From: an uncultured delta proteobacterium
GTDB lineage: Bacteria; Myxococcota_A; Polyangia; Polyangiales; Polyangiaceae
Assembly (NCBI GenBank): GCA_963716725.1
Contig: CAVQUB010000005.1
Coordinates: 320,001 to 384,000 of the forward strand
Direction of reading: 5' to 3'
Length of the DNA: 64,000 bases
Every line of letters starts with the position of its first letter. Positions within the stretch are counted from its first letter, which is position 1. Positions 40,054 to 50,919 of this stretch are shown in pieces. The position numbers were made by a program, and so were the translations under genes. The notes beneath the pieces were generated by a model. It worked only from the letters and a program-made list of their open reading frames with translations, did not search any database and was not told the DNA's origin.

Positions 40054-40155
40054 TGTCTCGAATTGAGGCAGGCGATCCGGGGTCGCGCGTCGGGTGTTTC
40101 GATCTGAGCCACCCAGCGCGCGGTTTTGCCACCTGCGGGTGGCACGACCCCTGCA
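40054..40155 (+). promoter_or_regulatory. Sigma-54 promoter (40140-40155) with two upstream activator-like palindromes
   Basis: TGGCACG-accc-CTGCA; tgtctcgaattgaggca (40054-40070) and tgtttcgatctgagcca (40095-40111). Confidence 0.7.
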
Positions 40156-40167
40156 GAGCCTTAGCGC

Positions 40168-41031
40168 GTGGTGCGTGCACACAGTCGCTGGTTCCTGTTG
40201 GTGGTCTGCGGATCCTCGCTCCTTGCGTGCGGGGATGACGAGCGTCCGAAGGGGGCGGGTGCCGTGGGCGGAGGCTCCGGCAGCGGTGCGACGGGCGGCA
40301 GCGCCAGCGGCGGTGCGACCGGCGGGGGTGCCGGAGCAGCGGGGACTGGCGGAACCGCTGGAACTGGCGGAACCGGCGCCGCGGGCGCGGCAGGCGCGTC
40401 GGGTTCAGGGAGCGGCGGCGCTTCGGAGGGTGGAGTGCCGCCCGTGGATTCGGCCTGCCAAAAGAGCGTGGCCTTCTGGGCAACCGGCGCGTCGTTCACC
40501 TTCCCGACCCCGAAGAGCCTGGCCGCAGCCCTCGGCGAGCTGACCTTTGACTACGAGCAGCACCCCGTCACAGTAGTGCTGCTGACTCAGAGTGGCGGGG
40601 GCATGACGCTAGCGGTCAGCGCCACCGAGCAACAGCCGGGGGGATTCGCCGAGGTCTTCGTTCCGGGTCAGAAGCCTGGCTTCGTTCCCGCGACGGTGAC
40701 CGCCGGCGGGTTCGCGACCGGCGCGTCCCAGGCCCAAGGCTGGTTGAAGGTGAAGGACCAGTCGGGGATCAAGCAGATCGAGCTGTCCAACATCGAGCTG
40801 TCGGTCAGCACGAGCAACCAGTGCAGCGTGCTGGTGGGCGTGCTCACGGCCGTCATTCCCATCTCGCAGGGTGCCATCACCCTCGAGCTCGACAGCGGGA
40901 GCACGAGCATCGCCGCGCTGGTTGGGGGAGCTGCGGACGGCGGCCAGATCCCGGATGGCGGGACCTTGGGCTGGAACCTGCGGCTGCTGTTCTCCGCCGA
41001 GTCCACGGACTTCGACTTCACCTCACTCTGA
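40168..41031 (+). CDS. Hypothetical lipoprotein with Gly-rich linker
   Basis: LLAC lipobox; GGTAGTGG linker; beta-rich C-terminal domain. Confidence 0.7.
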   Translation: MVRAHSRWFLLVVCGSSLLACGDDERPKGAGAVGGGSGSGATGGSASGGATGGGAGAAGTGGTAGTGGTGAAGAAGASGSGSGGASEGGVPPVDSACQKSVAFWATGASFTFPTPKSLAAALGELTFDYEQHPVTVVLLTQSGGGMTLAVSATEQQPGGFAEVFVPGQKPGFVPATVTAGGFATGASQAQGWLKVKDQSGIKQIELSNIELSVSTSNQCSVLVGVLTAVIPISQGAITLELDSGSTSIAALVGGAADGGQIPDGGTLGWNLRLLFSAESTDFDFTSL

Positions 41032-41049
41032 AGGGCTGGAACGAACGCC

Positions 41050-43371
41050 ATGCTTGTACCGCCAATCTCCGATGGATCTCAGTGCCGGCGTGCCGGCGTG
41101 CTCCTGGTCGTTGCCGTCATTTTCGCGGGCATGCTGCTGAGCCCGATGGCCTGCGGCGGCGACAAGTCACTCCCCGGATCCCCCGGAGGCGGTAGCGGAG
41201 GCTCGGCGGCGACCTGCGTCGATCGAGACGGAGACGGCTTCGGCGACGGATGTCTCTCGGGAAAAGACTGCGACGACGACGATCCCAAGTCCACCAGCGG
41301 CTGCTACGCGTGCAGCAAGCCACGTCCCGGCTGTCCTTGCTCCAACGAAGGTCAGCGGGTGGCTTGTGGTCAGATGGAAAGCAAGGTCGGGGCTCAGGTC
41401 ACCTGCGGCTACGGCGAAACGGTCTGCGAAGGCGGGTCCTACGGCGAGTGCATCATCAACAACTCAGTGACGCTGCTGCCGGGCGGAGATCCCAAGCAGA
41501 GAACGCAGTCGCTGGGTGCTCCGGGCACCTGCAGCGCCAACCCCTGCGACCCCTACTGTCAGACTTGGGTGGATGATCCGGTTGGGCTCGGCGGCGACGG
41601 TGGGATCGTGGTCACCGATGGCGGCCTGACCGTCCCGGGCAGCACCACCACTCCACCCGCGTCCACGTGCAGCGGGGGCGCCAGCGGATCGTGCGCCCAT
41701 CACATCTGCCAGACCGGCGCGAAGCTCAGCGCAGGCTGCGACGCAAGCCCGCCGGCGACGAGCTGCGTGTCGGCCATCTGCGCGGCGATGCCCGCCTGCT
41801 GCACGGGCAACTGGAGCGGCGCCTGCGTCAACGCCATTCCGACCATTTGTCCCGGTGCTTCCTGCGCCATCCAGACCTCCGGTCAGTGCGTCTTCTGTTA
41901 CGCCGACGCCGTCGATCACGACGGTGACGGCTACTCGTATGCCCAAGGCGACTGCAGGGACTGCGACCCGTTCATCAACCCGGGGGCCTACGACTTTCCT
42001 GGCGACTCCCTCGACAACGACTGTAGCGGCAGCGTCGACGACGAAGCGACGGGCTGCGACGTCGGCCTGGTGTTCAACACCAGCGACCCCAAGAAGTACG
42101 CGCAGGCCATGGATATTTGCCGCTTCCCCAACCCGACCGCCGTCGGCGTGAACAAGACCTGGGGCGTCTTGACCGACGCGCTGGTTCAGGCCAACGGTAC
42201 GAGTTCGTGCAGCAACACGCTGCAGCGTGCCGTGACGCCCCAGTTCGGGAGCGGCAACTTCCCCAAGGCGGGCCAGCGCATGGCCGTGTTCTCCTCAGGC
42301 ACCGCCCGCGACACCGACGACCCGGGCTACGTCAACCCGAATGGTCAGTCCGCCAGCTATTCAGCCGGCACCTTCGTGAGTCCGCCCGCGGGCTTTCCGA
42401 AGAACGCCGTCGGCTGCCCCAACGGCTCGGCGGCTCGAGATTCTTGCGGCTACAAGCTCAAGATCCGCGCGCCGACCAACGCCAAGTCCTTCGCCTACGA
42501 CTTCAACTTCTTCTCGAGCGAATACTCCGAGTGGATCTGCACGGCGTACAACGACGCCTTCATCGCGCTCTACTACGGAGCGCTGAACCCCTACGCAGAC
42601 AAGAACATCTCCTTCGACTCGCTGAACAACCCCGTCAGCGTCAACGTCGGCTTCTTCAGCATCCCGACCGGCCCCACCCAGACCTCCCACCCGCTGCTGA
42701 ACGGGACGGGCTTCTCCGGCTACTGCTCCAACTACGGGGCGTCGCCCAACGGGATGTGTGGCGGCTCGACGGGTTGGCTCACCACCACCGCGCCCGTGAA
42801 TCCAGGGGAAGAAATCACGCTGCACTTCTCCATCTGGGACACCGGCGACCACGCCTGGGATTCCACCGTGCTGATGGACAACTTCCGCTGGTCGGCCCAG
42901 ACCGCCACCATCCAGACGCTGCCCACGGTGCCGCCGCCGCCACCGCAGACCTACGCTGCTGGGGACTTCACCCGGGACTATGACGCGGCGAGCGCCTGTC
43001 CCGGCGGGACGAAACCGGTCTGGGGCAGCTGGTCGTGGACCACGACGACCCCGAACGACTCCCGCATCGAGTTCTACGTGAAGACGGCGACCACCCTCGC
43101 TGGACTGGACGCCGCGCCGGAAGACGCCGTCCAGTTCACCAACCCGCCCGGCCCCCTCGCGCTAGCCGGCAGCAGCGCCGTCGCCAAGACTGCGCCCACG
43201 GACACGCGCAACGGTTCGGCTGTGGTGGACAAGACCTTCGTCGCCAAGTCGCGGTTCCGCCACCACCGGTTCGCGCGCGTGCGTTCGCACTTGAAACCGT
43301 CTACGGATCTGCTGAGCGCGCCGGTCCTGCACGCATGGAACCTCGAGCTCAGCTGCACTCCCAACGAGTGA
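41050..43371 (+). CDS. Cys-rich surface protein with metal-binding repeats and a choice-of-anchor-L-like domain
   Basis: DRDGDGFG..DCDD and DCDPFINPGA...DNDCSG repeats; FNFFSSEYSEW...YND and IWDTGD..WDS.V motifs. Confidence 0.7.
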   Translation: MLVPPISDGSQCRRAGVLLVVAVIFAGMLLSPMACGGDKSLPGSPGGGSGGSAATCVDRDGDGFGDGCLSGKDCDDDDPKSTSGCYACSKPRPGCPCSNEGQRVACGQMESKVGAQVTCGYGETVCEGGSYGECIINNSVTLLPGGDPKQRTQSLGAPGTCSANPCDPYCQTWVDDPVGLGGDGGIVVTDGGLTVPGSTTTPPASTCSGGASGSCAHHICQTGAKLSAGCDASPPATSCVSAICAAMPACCTGNWSGACVNAIPTICPGASCAIQTSGQCVFCYADAVDHDGDGYSYAQGDCRDCDPFINPGAYDFPGDSLDNDCSGSVDDEATGCDVGLVFNTSDPKKYAQAMDICRFPNPTAVGVNKTWGVLTDALVQANGTSSCSNTLQRAVTPQFGSGNFPKAGQRMAVFSSGTARDTDDPGYVNPNGQSASYSAGTFVSPPAGFPKNAVGCPNGSAARDSCGYKLKIRAPTNAKSFAYDFNFFSSEYSEWICTAYNDAFIALYYGALNPYADKNISFDSLNNPVSVNVGFFSIPTGPTQTSHPLLNGTGFSGYCSNYGASPNGMCGGSTGWLTTTAPVNPGEEITLHFSIWDTGDHAWDSTVLMDNFRWSAQTATIQTLPTVPPPPPQTYAAGDFTRDYDAASACPGGTKPVWGSWSWTTTTPNDSRIEFYVKTATTLAGLDAAPEDAVQFTNPPGPLALAGSSAVAKTAPTDTRNGSAVVDKTFVAKSRFRHHRFARVRSHLKPSTDLLSAPVLHAWNLELSCTPNE

Positions 43372-43386
43372 TCGACGACTCCCGAA

Positions 43387-43722
43387 TCACGACTCGCCGA
43401 AGTACTTGTAGAAGAGCGCTTCCTCGTCGCCGCATTCCGACCAGCTGTCACCGACGCAGAGCTGCACGCCGACGTAGCAGTTTTGGATGGAGCCGTGCTT
43501 CGGGAGCATGACCTTGCAACTCCGGGCGGCGCCCTCGGTGCAGAGCTTGGTGTCGCCTTGCTTGGGAGCCGCAGGCTCCGCCTCGTCGGGCATCGCGACG
43601 TGCTCCACCGCGGATTCTGACGGCTCGTCAGGCCCGTCGAAGGGCGCTGGACGTTCCGCCGTGCCGGAGCACGCCAAGAGCATGACAGCACCGATGAATG
43701 CCCACGACTGTGCGATCGACAT
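43387..43722 (-). CDS. Small Cys-rich lipoprotein
   Basis: LLAC lipobox; CTEG..RSC...C..G.Q.C...WSEC module. Confidence 0.65.
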   Translation of the reverse strand: MSIAQSWAFIGAVMLLACSGTAERPAPFDGPDEPSESAVEHVAMPDEAEPAAPKQGDTKLCTEGAARSCKVMLPKHGSIQNCYVGVQLCVGDSWSECGDEEALFYKYFGES

Positions 43723-43734
43723 GCGATGGGCTCA

Positions 43735-43842
43735 AGCAGCCGGCGTGCCATCGCCAATACGCACTGAATTGCGCTTGATCTGGCAGTTAATGCGATCCAG
43801 ATTGGGACATCTGAACCGTCCGCCCGTCTCAACCTGAGACGG
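43735..43842 (-). promoter_or_regulatory. Sigma-54 promoter (43735-43750) with upstream palindromic activator site
   Basis: Minus strand TGGCACG-ccgg-CTGCT; perfect palindrome ccgtctca-acc-tgagacgg at 43824-43842; weaker copy at 43793-43809. Confidence 0.7.
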
Positions 43843-43946
43843 CTGACTCACCCTGGCATCGCTCTTGCTCGGTGAAGCTCGGGATGGATCGAAACGAGGC
43901 GAAGCGGCGGATAGACTCCGAGATCTCTCCTGCCGGCCTGTCTCAC

Positions 43947-45362
43947 ATGTCTCAATCTGCTACAAGGCCCAGCATGCGTCCGGCCGAAAAGCGGGTGGTC
44001 GCCGTGGTGGACGACGATCCCACCACGCGGCGAATTCTCCGCCATTGGTTGGGTGCCGAGGGCTACGAGAGCCGCGAGTTCGCCGACGCCCCGAGCGCCC
44101 TCGCCGCCGACACGCGCGAGTTCGCGGTGGCTTGCGTGGATCTCTCGTTGGGCGAAGCGTCGGGGCTCGACGTCATGAAGGAGCTGCTGGCGCGCGACGC
44201 GGAGCTACCGATCGTGATGGTGACGGCGTCGCAACAAGTGGAGCCGGCGGTGGGCGCGCTGCGCGCCGGCGCCTACGACTACGTGACCAAGCCCCTCGAT
44301 CGTGAGCGCCTGCTTGGGTCGGTGCGCCGCGCGGCCGAGCGACGCAACCTGGCGCTCTCGGTGAGGCATCTCGAGACCGAGCTCCGCGGATCCCGGGGGC
44401 TCGGTGCGCTTGTCGGGTCGAGTTCCGCGCTTCGTCAATTGACCGATCAGGTCGGCCGGGTGCTCGAGAGCGACGTGCCCGTCAGCGTGTTTGGTGAGAG
44501 CGGCACCGGCAAGGAGCTCGTCGCTCGGGCCATTCACGACTCAGGTCATCGCCACGAGGGAGAATTCGTAGCCGTCAACTGCGGCGCCATCCCCCAGGAT
44601 CTCCAAGCCTCCGAGCTGTTCGGTCACGAACGCGGCGCATTCACCGGAGCGCAGTCCCAACATCGCGGGCGCTTCGAGCAAGCCAACGGCGGGACGCTGT
44701 TCCTCGACGAGATCGGGGAGATGAGCGCCAGCACTCAAACCGCGCTCTTGCGTGCGCTGCAAGAGCGGACCATCCAACGCGTGGGCGGACGCACGGACAT
44801 TCCGGTGGACGTCCGCGTCATCTGCGCGACCCACCGCAAGCTCGACGAACTGGTGGCCACGGGACGGTTTCGCGAAGACCTGTTCTACCGGCTGGTCGTC
44901 TTTCCAATTCATGTGCCACCACTGCGGGATCGCCGCAGTGACGTTCCGGAGCTCGTCGTCCACTTCTTGCGCAAGCTCGCGCCGGACACGCGGCGGGAGA
45001 TCAACCGGGTGAGCCCCGAAGCGCTGGACGCCTTGATGAGCTACGGCTGGCCCGGCAACGTGCGCGAGTTGGGAAACGTCCTACACCGGGCCCTGCTCTG
45101 CTGCGATGGTCCTCAGATCGAGCTCGTTCACCTGCCTCGCGAGCTCTGGCGGGGAAAGCAGAGCGAAGTCGCGCCGGCGCCGCGCGTGTCGAAGTCGCTG
45201 CCGGCACCCGCGCCCGAGACCTTTGACTTGTCCCAGATCGAACGGCGCACGATCGAGCGTGCCGTGGCCAAGACCGGCGGCAACATCACTGATGCGGCGC
45301 GCATGCTCGGCATCGGTCGTGCCACGCTCTACCGAAAACTCACGGCGTACTCGGCGCGTTGA
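43947..45362 (+). CDS. NtrC-family sigma-54 response regulator (REC-AAA+-Fis HTH)
   Basis: [36 protein letters not shown] and [12 protein letters not shown]; start uncertain. Confidence 0.95.
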   Translation: MSQSATRPSMRPAEKRVVAVVDDDPTTRRILRHWLGAEGYESREFADAPSALAADTREFAVACVDLSLGEASGLDVMKELLARDAELPIVMVTASQQVEPAVGALRAGAYDYVTKPLDRERLLGSVRRAAERRNLALSVRHLETELRGSRGLGALVGSSSALRQLTDQVGRVLESDVPVSVFGESGTGKELVARAIHDSGHRHEGEFVAVNCGAIPQDLQASELFGHERGAFTGAQSQHRGRFEQANGGTLFLDEIGEMSASTQTALLRALQERTIQRVGGRTDIPVDVRVICATHRKLDELVATGRFREDLFYRLVVFPIHVPPLRDRRSDVPELVVHFLRKLAPDTRREINRVSPEALDALMSYGWPGNVRELGNVLHRALLCCDGPQIELVHLPRELWRGKQSEVAPAPRVSKSLPAPAPETFDLSQIERRTIERAVAKTGGNITDAARMLGIGRATLYRKLTAYSAR

Positions 45363-45370
45363 TCGCAGCT

Positions 45371-47296
45371 ATGCTGTTCGCGTTGGAAAAGCGACTGCTC
45401 GATCATCTCCCGGCTCCTGTCGTTTGCGAGGACGGGGAGGGCCGGATCGTTTACACCAACCGCGCGTTTCGCCGGTTGTTCGAGCCCGAGCCTCGCGTCG
45501 AAGAAATGGGCGGTCGCTTCTTCGATCTCGTGGCGCAGCGGGGATCGCTCTTCGTTGACCCTTCGGCCTTCGAGCGGCGGGCCAGTGAACTCCTGGGCAA
45601 GTGCGAAGCCGGCTCGGTTTTCGGCGTGACCCTGAGTGACGGACGCGAGTTCGTCTGTGACTACGTTCCGCTCGGCGACGGGCAGCGGGAGGTGGCTCAC
45701 ATCTGGAGCTTTCGCGACGTGAGTGAGGCACGTCGCGACGCGGCCCTCGCCCGGGCGGCCAGGGACACGAGTGACGCAGCCATCGCCGCCCGAGACGCCT
45801 TTCTCGCGCGAATGAGCCACGATCTGCGCTCGCCGCTGGGAGTCGTGCTCGGGGCCGCGCAGCTCCTGGCCACTGGCGATGCCACTGAAGAGCAGCGCGA
45901 GTCTCTCGAAGGCATCTTCAACTCCGGACAGCTCGTGCTTCGGCTCATTGACGACGTGCTCGATTACTCGAAGCTTCGAGCGGGCCGCTTCGTGTTGGCG
46001 CCCCGAGTCGTCGATCTCTGGGCGCTCTTGGAAGAGGCAGCAAGCACTCTCAAGAGCTCCGCCTCAGCAAGAAGTCTCGCCTTCGAGCATTCGATCGATC
46101 CCGACGTGCCGCGCTGGGCTCGCGTCGATCCGGCGCGACTCCGGCAGCTTCTGATGAACGTGGGCTCCAACGCCATCAAGTACACGGATGCGGGGGCGGT
46201 TCGTCTGCATGCGGCGCGTTCCACCACGGCGGGGGAGCCGATGCTGGTACTTCGAGTCGAGGACACCGGCCAGGGCATCGGCCGGGACACCCTTCCGGTC
46301 TTGTTCGACGCCTACGCTCAGGGGCCGGGTCACGAGTCGAAAGGAACCGGGCTGGGTTTGGCCATCACCCGTGAGTTGGTGGAGTTGATGGGTGGTTCGG
46401 TGCAGGTCGAGAGCGCGCGGGGCATCGGCACGACGTTCACGTGGTCGGTGCGCATCGACCCGGCTCGCCCGAGCCACGTGATGAAGCTCAGCCGGCCGCC
46501 GATGGCAGCCCACGAACCCAGCAGCCACGCGCGCTGCAGGGTCTTGATCGCCGAGGACAACGTCTTCACTCAGGTCATCCTGAGAAAGACCGTCGAGCGC
46601 CTGGGCCACGAGGTCGAGATCGCCCGCAACGGCCTCGAGGTCCTCGATGCGCTCAGCGTGAGCGAGTTCGACGCGGTGCTCATGGATTGCCAGATGCCGC
46701 TGCTCGATGGCTACTCCACGACCGCACGACTCCGTGAAATCGGCTACGGTCGCGCCACCTTGCCGGTGATCGCGCTCACCGCCAGCGCCGTGCCCGGCGA
46801 CCGGGAGAAGTGTCTGCGATCAGGCATGAACGACTACCTGACCAAGCCCTTCACGCTGGCCGAGGTGAGCGCGACCCTCGAGCGTTGGCTGTCGGTAGCG
46901 CCGCGATCGCGACCCTCAGGCTCGTCGCCTCCCGAACAGCCAGAAAGCGACGCCATCGACGTGCGCCGACTCGAAGATCTGAGCGGCGGCGACCGAGACG
47001 TGCTCGCGGACGTGTGCGCGGTCTTCGTCGAAGACATGGGCGCGCGCCTCGAGGAGCTGAAGCGCGCCGCCCAGTGCGAGGATGCGGCCGCGCTACGCCG
47101 AGTCGCCCACGTGGTCGCGGGCTCGGCCTCCAACGTGGGAGCGTGCACGCTCGAGGCCCTGGCTCGCGACGTTGAGCTCGAGCGGGTGCAGCAGGGTGGG
47201 CTCGCCGCGCACGTTGCCGAGCTGGCAACTCAGCTCGAGCGGGCGCGCGCAGCGATGACCCGGCTCTGCGGCGGATCGCTCCCGGGAGGCAGCTGA
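45371..47296 (+). CDS. Hybrid sensor histidine kinase (PAS-HisKA-HATPase-REC-Hpt)
   Basis: MSHDLRSPL, NAIKYT, DTGQGI, GTGLGL, LMDCQMP and AHVVAGSASNVGA. Confidence 0.92.
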   Translation: MLFALEKRLLDHLPAPVVCEDGEGRIVYTNRAFRRLFEPEPRVEEMGGRFFDLVAQRGSLFVDPSAFERRASELLGKCEAGSVFGVTLSDGREFVCDYVPLGDGQREVAHIWSFRDVSEARRDAALARAARDTSDAAIAARDAFLARMSHDLRSPLGVVLGAAQLLATGDATEEQRESLEGIFNSGQLVLRLIDDVLDYSKLRAGRFVLAPRVVDLWALLEEAASTLKSSASARSLAFEHSIDPDVPRWARVDPARLRQLLMNVGSNAIKYTDAGAVRLHAARSTTAGEPMLVLRVEDTGQGIGRDTLPVLFDAYAQGPGHESKGTGLGLAITRELVELMGGSVQVESARGIGTTFTWSVRIDPARPSHVMKLSRPPMAAHEPSSHARCRVLIAEDNVFTQVILRKTVERLGHEVEIARNGLEVLDALSVSEFDAVLMDCQMPLLDGYSTTARLREIGYGRATLPVIALTASAVPGDREKCLRSGMNDYLTKPFTLAEVSATLERWLSVAPRSRPSGSSPPEQPESDAIDVRRLEDLSGGDRDVLADVCAVFVEDMGARLEELKRAAQCEDAAALRRVAHVVAGSASNVGACTLEALARDVELERVQQGGLAAHVAELATQLERARAAMTRLCGGSLPGGS

Positions 47297-47380
47297 AGTC
47301 AGCCCGCGCTCGCGCCCGCGGCGCACGCCGCCCTTTTGTGACGGATCGAAGACTGGGCATGAGCTAGCATCAGCATCTCA

Positions 47381-47973
47381 GTGGCTGATCGCTGCGCTTC
47401 CCACGGGCTCGCTCTAGGGCCGGACGGCCGCTGCGTCCTGTGTCGGCGCGAAGCGGACTCGGCATCGAAGTCCGGGGGCGGCGGCAGATCATCACGGACC
47501 ACCGCTGCGTGGGCGACGGTGGGCGTCGTGCTGTTGCTCGGAGCCGGCTGGGCATTGAGTCGGCGGTCGAACGCCGGCGAACCAGGTGCAAAGCGTGAGG
47601 TCGTTCCGCCTCGGTCCGAGCCGGCGGAGCCCGCGGAGCCCGCGGAGCCCGCCGCACCTACGGCGCCCGCCGCTGAGCCGATCCGGCGCGGGCCGGGACC
47701 GGATGACCTGAAGGCTGCGCGACGTTCGGTGCGCGTCACGGTCTACACGACGTCTTGGTGTCCGCACTGTTCCGCGAAGTTGATGTCGTTCGCCCGCAGC
47801 CAGTTGCGTGCGCGGGTGCAAGCGCTTCAGCCCGGCGCGACCGCGATCGCATCAACCCCCAGGGGGGTGTCCCGACGGTCGACATCGACGGACAAGTGTT
47901 GACCGGCTTTGGCGAACAAAACTGGGAGCGGGCCATCGCCAGCGCTGCGCAGCGCCGACTCGAGCCGCGCTGA
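47381..47973 (+). pseudogene. Membrane-anchored glutaredoxin-family protein disrupted by an internal inversion
   Basis: VYTTSWCPHC and INPQGGVPTVDIDGQVLTGF lie in different frames; the linking helix is encoded on the opposite strand at 47768-47820. Confidence 0.8.
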
Positions 47974-48031
47974 TCCGGTGCGGACAGCGACGAGCGCGCG
48001 CCCAGCGGGAGGATCGAGGCCCTGCTCGCCC

Positions 48032-50743
48032 TCACGGCGCTTGCGTCGTCGTGACGAGCGACACGGGCGTCACCAACACATCGCGGGGCGTAGGCCAGAG
48101 GTTCAAGGGAACGATGCTGGGGATGAATGGGCTGACGGACATCGTACACGCGGCCTCACTCAGGCTCACCGAAGCGGACAGCGCGCCGCTCGAGAACGCG
48201 ATGCTGCCGTCCTTGGCGAACGCCTTGAGTAGCCACATGTCGCCTACACTGCTCTTGCCCGCGTTGGAAAATCCTGCCATCAGCGCACCGCCATCGTCCG
48301 TGAGTCGAAGCGTTGGAAGAGTGCTCTCCGGAGGTTGCGTGCCTGCGGCGGTCAGCTGGTAATCCCGAACCCATTGAACCCCGCCTACGGAATCCAGCCC
48401 GGCGCTGAACAGGTGGCTGGTTTCCGGATAAGCTTGGTAGCGCCCGGTCACGACGAATCCGCTCGTGGGTAGCTCGGCAATGCCGCTGATCACGGCGTAA
48501 TCGAAGCCCGACCCGCTCCACGGAAAGCTCGCGAATCCAACGGAACCATCGGGCTTGATGCGCGCGACGAAGCTCCGGAAGTACTGGCCGCCATTGCCGG
48601 CGAGGATCACGTCTCCCGAGCTGTGCACGATGCCCGTGTTGGGGATGAGGTCGGAGATGCTTCCGCAGCCCCCGTGCAAATTGGCGAATTTCACCTCTCC
48701 CGCAGCGTCGAGCGCCAGTGTGAAGCCCTGCCGTTGCACACCGCCCACTTCTTCTGTGAAGCCCGCAATGAAGAGCCCGCCCTGCCACGCGAAGAGCATC
48801 GAAGGCATGAGGTGAAGCGTCGGATGCGAGATGCGCCGCGAAGAGAGAACGATCCCGTTCTTGTCCAGGTGCAGCAGCCAGGCGCCGGTACGGTTCGACT
48901 CGTTGCCCACGTGGTGGGTCGCGACGAGCCAGCTGCCGCCCGCGCCGTCCGCGACGCCACCGGTCCACATCTGGAGTGTGACTTTGTCGCCGTACGGGCC
49001 TCCAAACTGGGTGGGCGCTTCATCAAAAGACTCTCCCCACGCCACGCCGCCACCTTGGCCGATCTTGATGACGGCGTACGGGTGCATCAAGACCAGAAGC
49101 CCTGCGTCCAGAGTGTCGACCACGCGCAGCGCTCGCATGCTCGGCAACACCGGGTCATCGAACATCTCGTAGTGGTTCGCCCACAAGAGCTTGCCTTCCG
49201 GGTTGACCTTGAAGAGAGTCTCCGATTGGCTGCTGGCGAGGGTGTAGTTCCCGTCGATGGTTTGCTCGAGTTGAATCTGTCGTAGGCCGTCGGCGGTCAC
49301 GAAGGGGTAACTCACGAAGGGTGACGAGTAGGTGCGTGACCAAGGGGTGAACGCCGGGTTGAGCAGCGTGTTGTTGTCAGGACCGCTGCCTGGCGGAAGC
49401 GAGGACTGACCCGGCTTTGGCAGCTGGCACGCGCCGCTGGCAATGGACTCGTCGACGATGGGAATCACCAGGTCATCGGTCTTCACCAGCGTGACCTCGC
49501 CGAGCCCCGGCAACTTTGCGCTGATCTTGAAGCCGAGTCGCCCTTCCACTCCGGCATGCAGATCCCAGCAAGGGCTTTGCGACTGATCCGCCGTCAACTC
49601 GGCGTAGGCGTGCAGACCGGCCTTCGGTCCGACGAAATCGTAGAGCCGCATGTGAAGATCGGCGCCAATCGAGGCCTTGGCGGAGGCCGCCAGCGTGACC
49701 TCCGTGGTCGGCGCCGTGAACGATTGGGAATAGGTCGGGGTCTTGAAGCTGGCTCCGTGCCTGCTCGAGAGGGCCACGCCCGCGGACAACGTCGCGTCTG
49801 CCGTGGTCTCCAACGCAAACTGGCTCGAGGCTGCGCCTGCGATCCTGCCGGTGATCTCGACCGACGGAAATATCACCAGGGGACCGATGGGGATCTGAGG
49901 CAAGGGGATGTCGCCGATGGAATAGTCGGCTTCGTACTTCTTGAAGGCAGCCCCCTCGAACGCGAGCTTCGCGTTGAGCTCTCCGCTCATGACCAGGCTA
50001 GCCTTCATTTCGGGGATGAGCGCTGCAATGGAGCAATCGGGCAGCTGGCCGAAAACGACCTCGAGCGCTGCTTCGATGCAGGCCTTCAGCGCGCTGGGAT
50101 ACGCCGCCACTCCACCCCAGTCGATGTCGACGGTCAGCGTGTAATCGAACCCACCACCCAATTCGCCTTTGACACGGACCTGGTCGTCCTTGGTGGAGAG
50201 ATCCTTGTCGCCGTCGAAGGCAACGATGTCGAGCGGCAGCGTCGGATGCTTGCCGCCTGTGTAACTCGCGAAGGGGCGACTCCCCGCCGACAACGGAGTC
50301 AGGTCGTTCTTCAACCAGTCGGAAGCTCCGATCTCCGGCGTCTTCCTGGGGGCGAGCTCGATGTGCAGCTGGCGAAACGCCAGCTGCAGAGGAGCGTTCA
50401 TCGTCGTGATGCGGACGCCCGCCCCGTTGGGCTCGACGCTTCGAACGATGCGCAGCAGGCCCTTTGGCGTGGCCGCGGACTGCCCAGCGACGATGACGCT
50501 GGCGCGCTCGACCTTGGCCAAGGCGCTCGGTGTGGTCTTGAATACGAGGATCCCATCGCCGGTTTCGGGCTCGAGCTGACTGAGCGCGCTCTTGTCGAGC
50601 AAGATCGCCGAGTCGAACAGCTCGTAGCGGATCTTGTCTTTGGTCTTTTCGGGAGCGTCCAGGCCATCGCTGCCCGAGCACGCCAGCGCGGAGATGAGCG
50701 GGATCAGAAGCAAGACCGCGCTTCGGCGAAATCCTTCGGACAT
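48032..50743 (-). CDS. Large lipoprotein with beta-rich N-terminal half and C-terminal beta-propeller repeats
   Basis: ATG 50743 with ALAC lipobox; repeated K...G...W units. Confidence 0.7.
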   Translation of the reverse strand: MSEGFRRSAVLLLIPLISALACSGSDGLDAPEKTKDKIRYELFDSAILLDKSALSQLEPETGDGILVFKTTPSALAKVERASVIVAGQSAATPKGLLRIVRSVEPNGAGVRITTMNAPLQLAFRQLHIELAPRKTPEIGASDWLKNDLTPLSAGSRPFASYTGGKHPTLPLDIVAFDGDKDLSTKDDQVRVKGELGGGFDYTLTVDIDWGGVAAYPSALKACIEAALEVVFGQLPDCSIAALIPEMKASLVMSGELNAKLAFEGAAFKKYEADYSIGDIPLPQIPIGPLVIFPSVEITGRIAGAASSQFALETTADATLSAGVALSSRHGASFKTPTYSQSFTAPTTEVTLAASAKASIGADLHMRLYDFVGPKAGLHAYAELTADQSQSPCWDLHAGVEGRLGFKISAKLPGLGEVTLVKTDDLVIPIVDESIASGACQLPKPGQSSLPPGSGPDNNTLLNPAFTPWSRTYSSPFVSYPFVTADGLRQIQLEQTIDGNYTLASSQSETLFKVNPEGKLLWANHYEMFDDPVLPSMRALRVVDTLDAGLLVLMHPYAVIKIGQGGGVAWGESFDEAPTQFGGPYGDKVTLQMWTGGVADGAGGSWLVATHHVGNESNRTGAWLLHLDKNGIVLSSRRISHPTLHLMPSMLFAWQGGLFIAGFTEEVGGVQRQGFTLALDAAGEVKFANLHGGCGSISDLIPNTGIVHSSGDVILAGNGGQYFRSFVARIKPDGSVGFASFPWSGSGFDYAVISGIAELPTSGFVVTGRYQAYPETSHLFSAGLDSVGGVQWVRDYQLTAAGTQPPESTLPTLRLTDDGGALMAGFSNAGKSSVGDMWLLKAFAKDGSIAFSSGALSASVSLSEAACTMSVSPFIPSIVPLNLWPTPRDVLVTPVSLVTTTQAP

Positions 50744-50919
50744 GCTCCGATCATCGAGCTCGTCGTGGCACTTGGCAAGCGTCCCGCCGGCGGCCGCTCG
50801 CGGCGAGTCAAGTCGAGCGCCAGCTAGGGTTTTTCGGAACACCAGCGAAAGACCTGGTACGACGACCTGGCGGCTAGAACGAAGGTCGATCGCCGGTGGA
50901 AACGCTTCCCCCGTGGCGA

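Noticed and set aside
20757..40145. Long antisense ORFs such as 20757..22721, 25905..27977, 31891..33873 and 38022..40145
   Set aside because: Shadow ORFs opposite well-supported genes, expected in high-GC DNA; no recognisable motifs.
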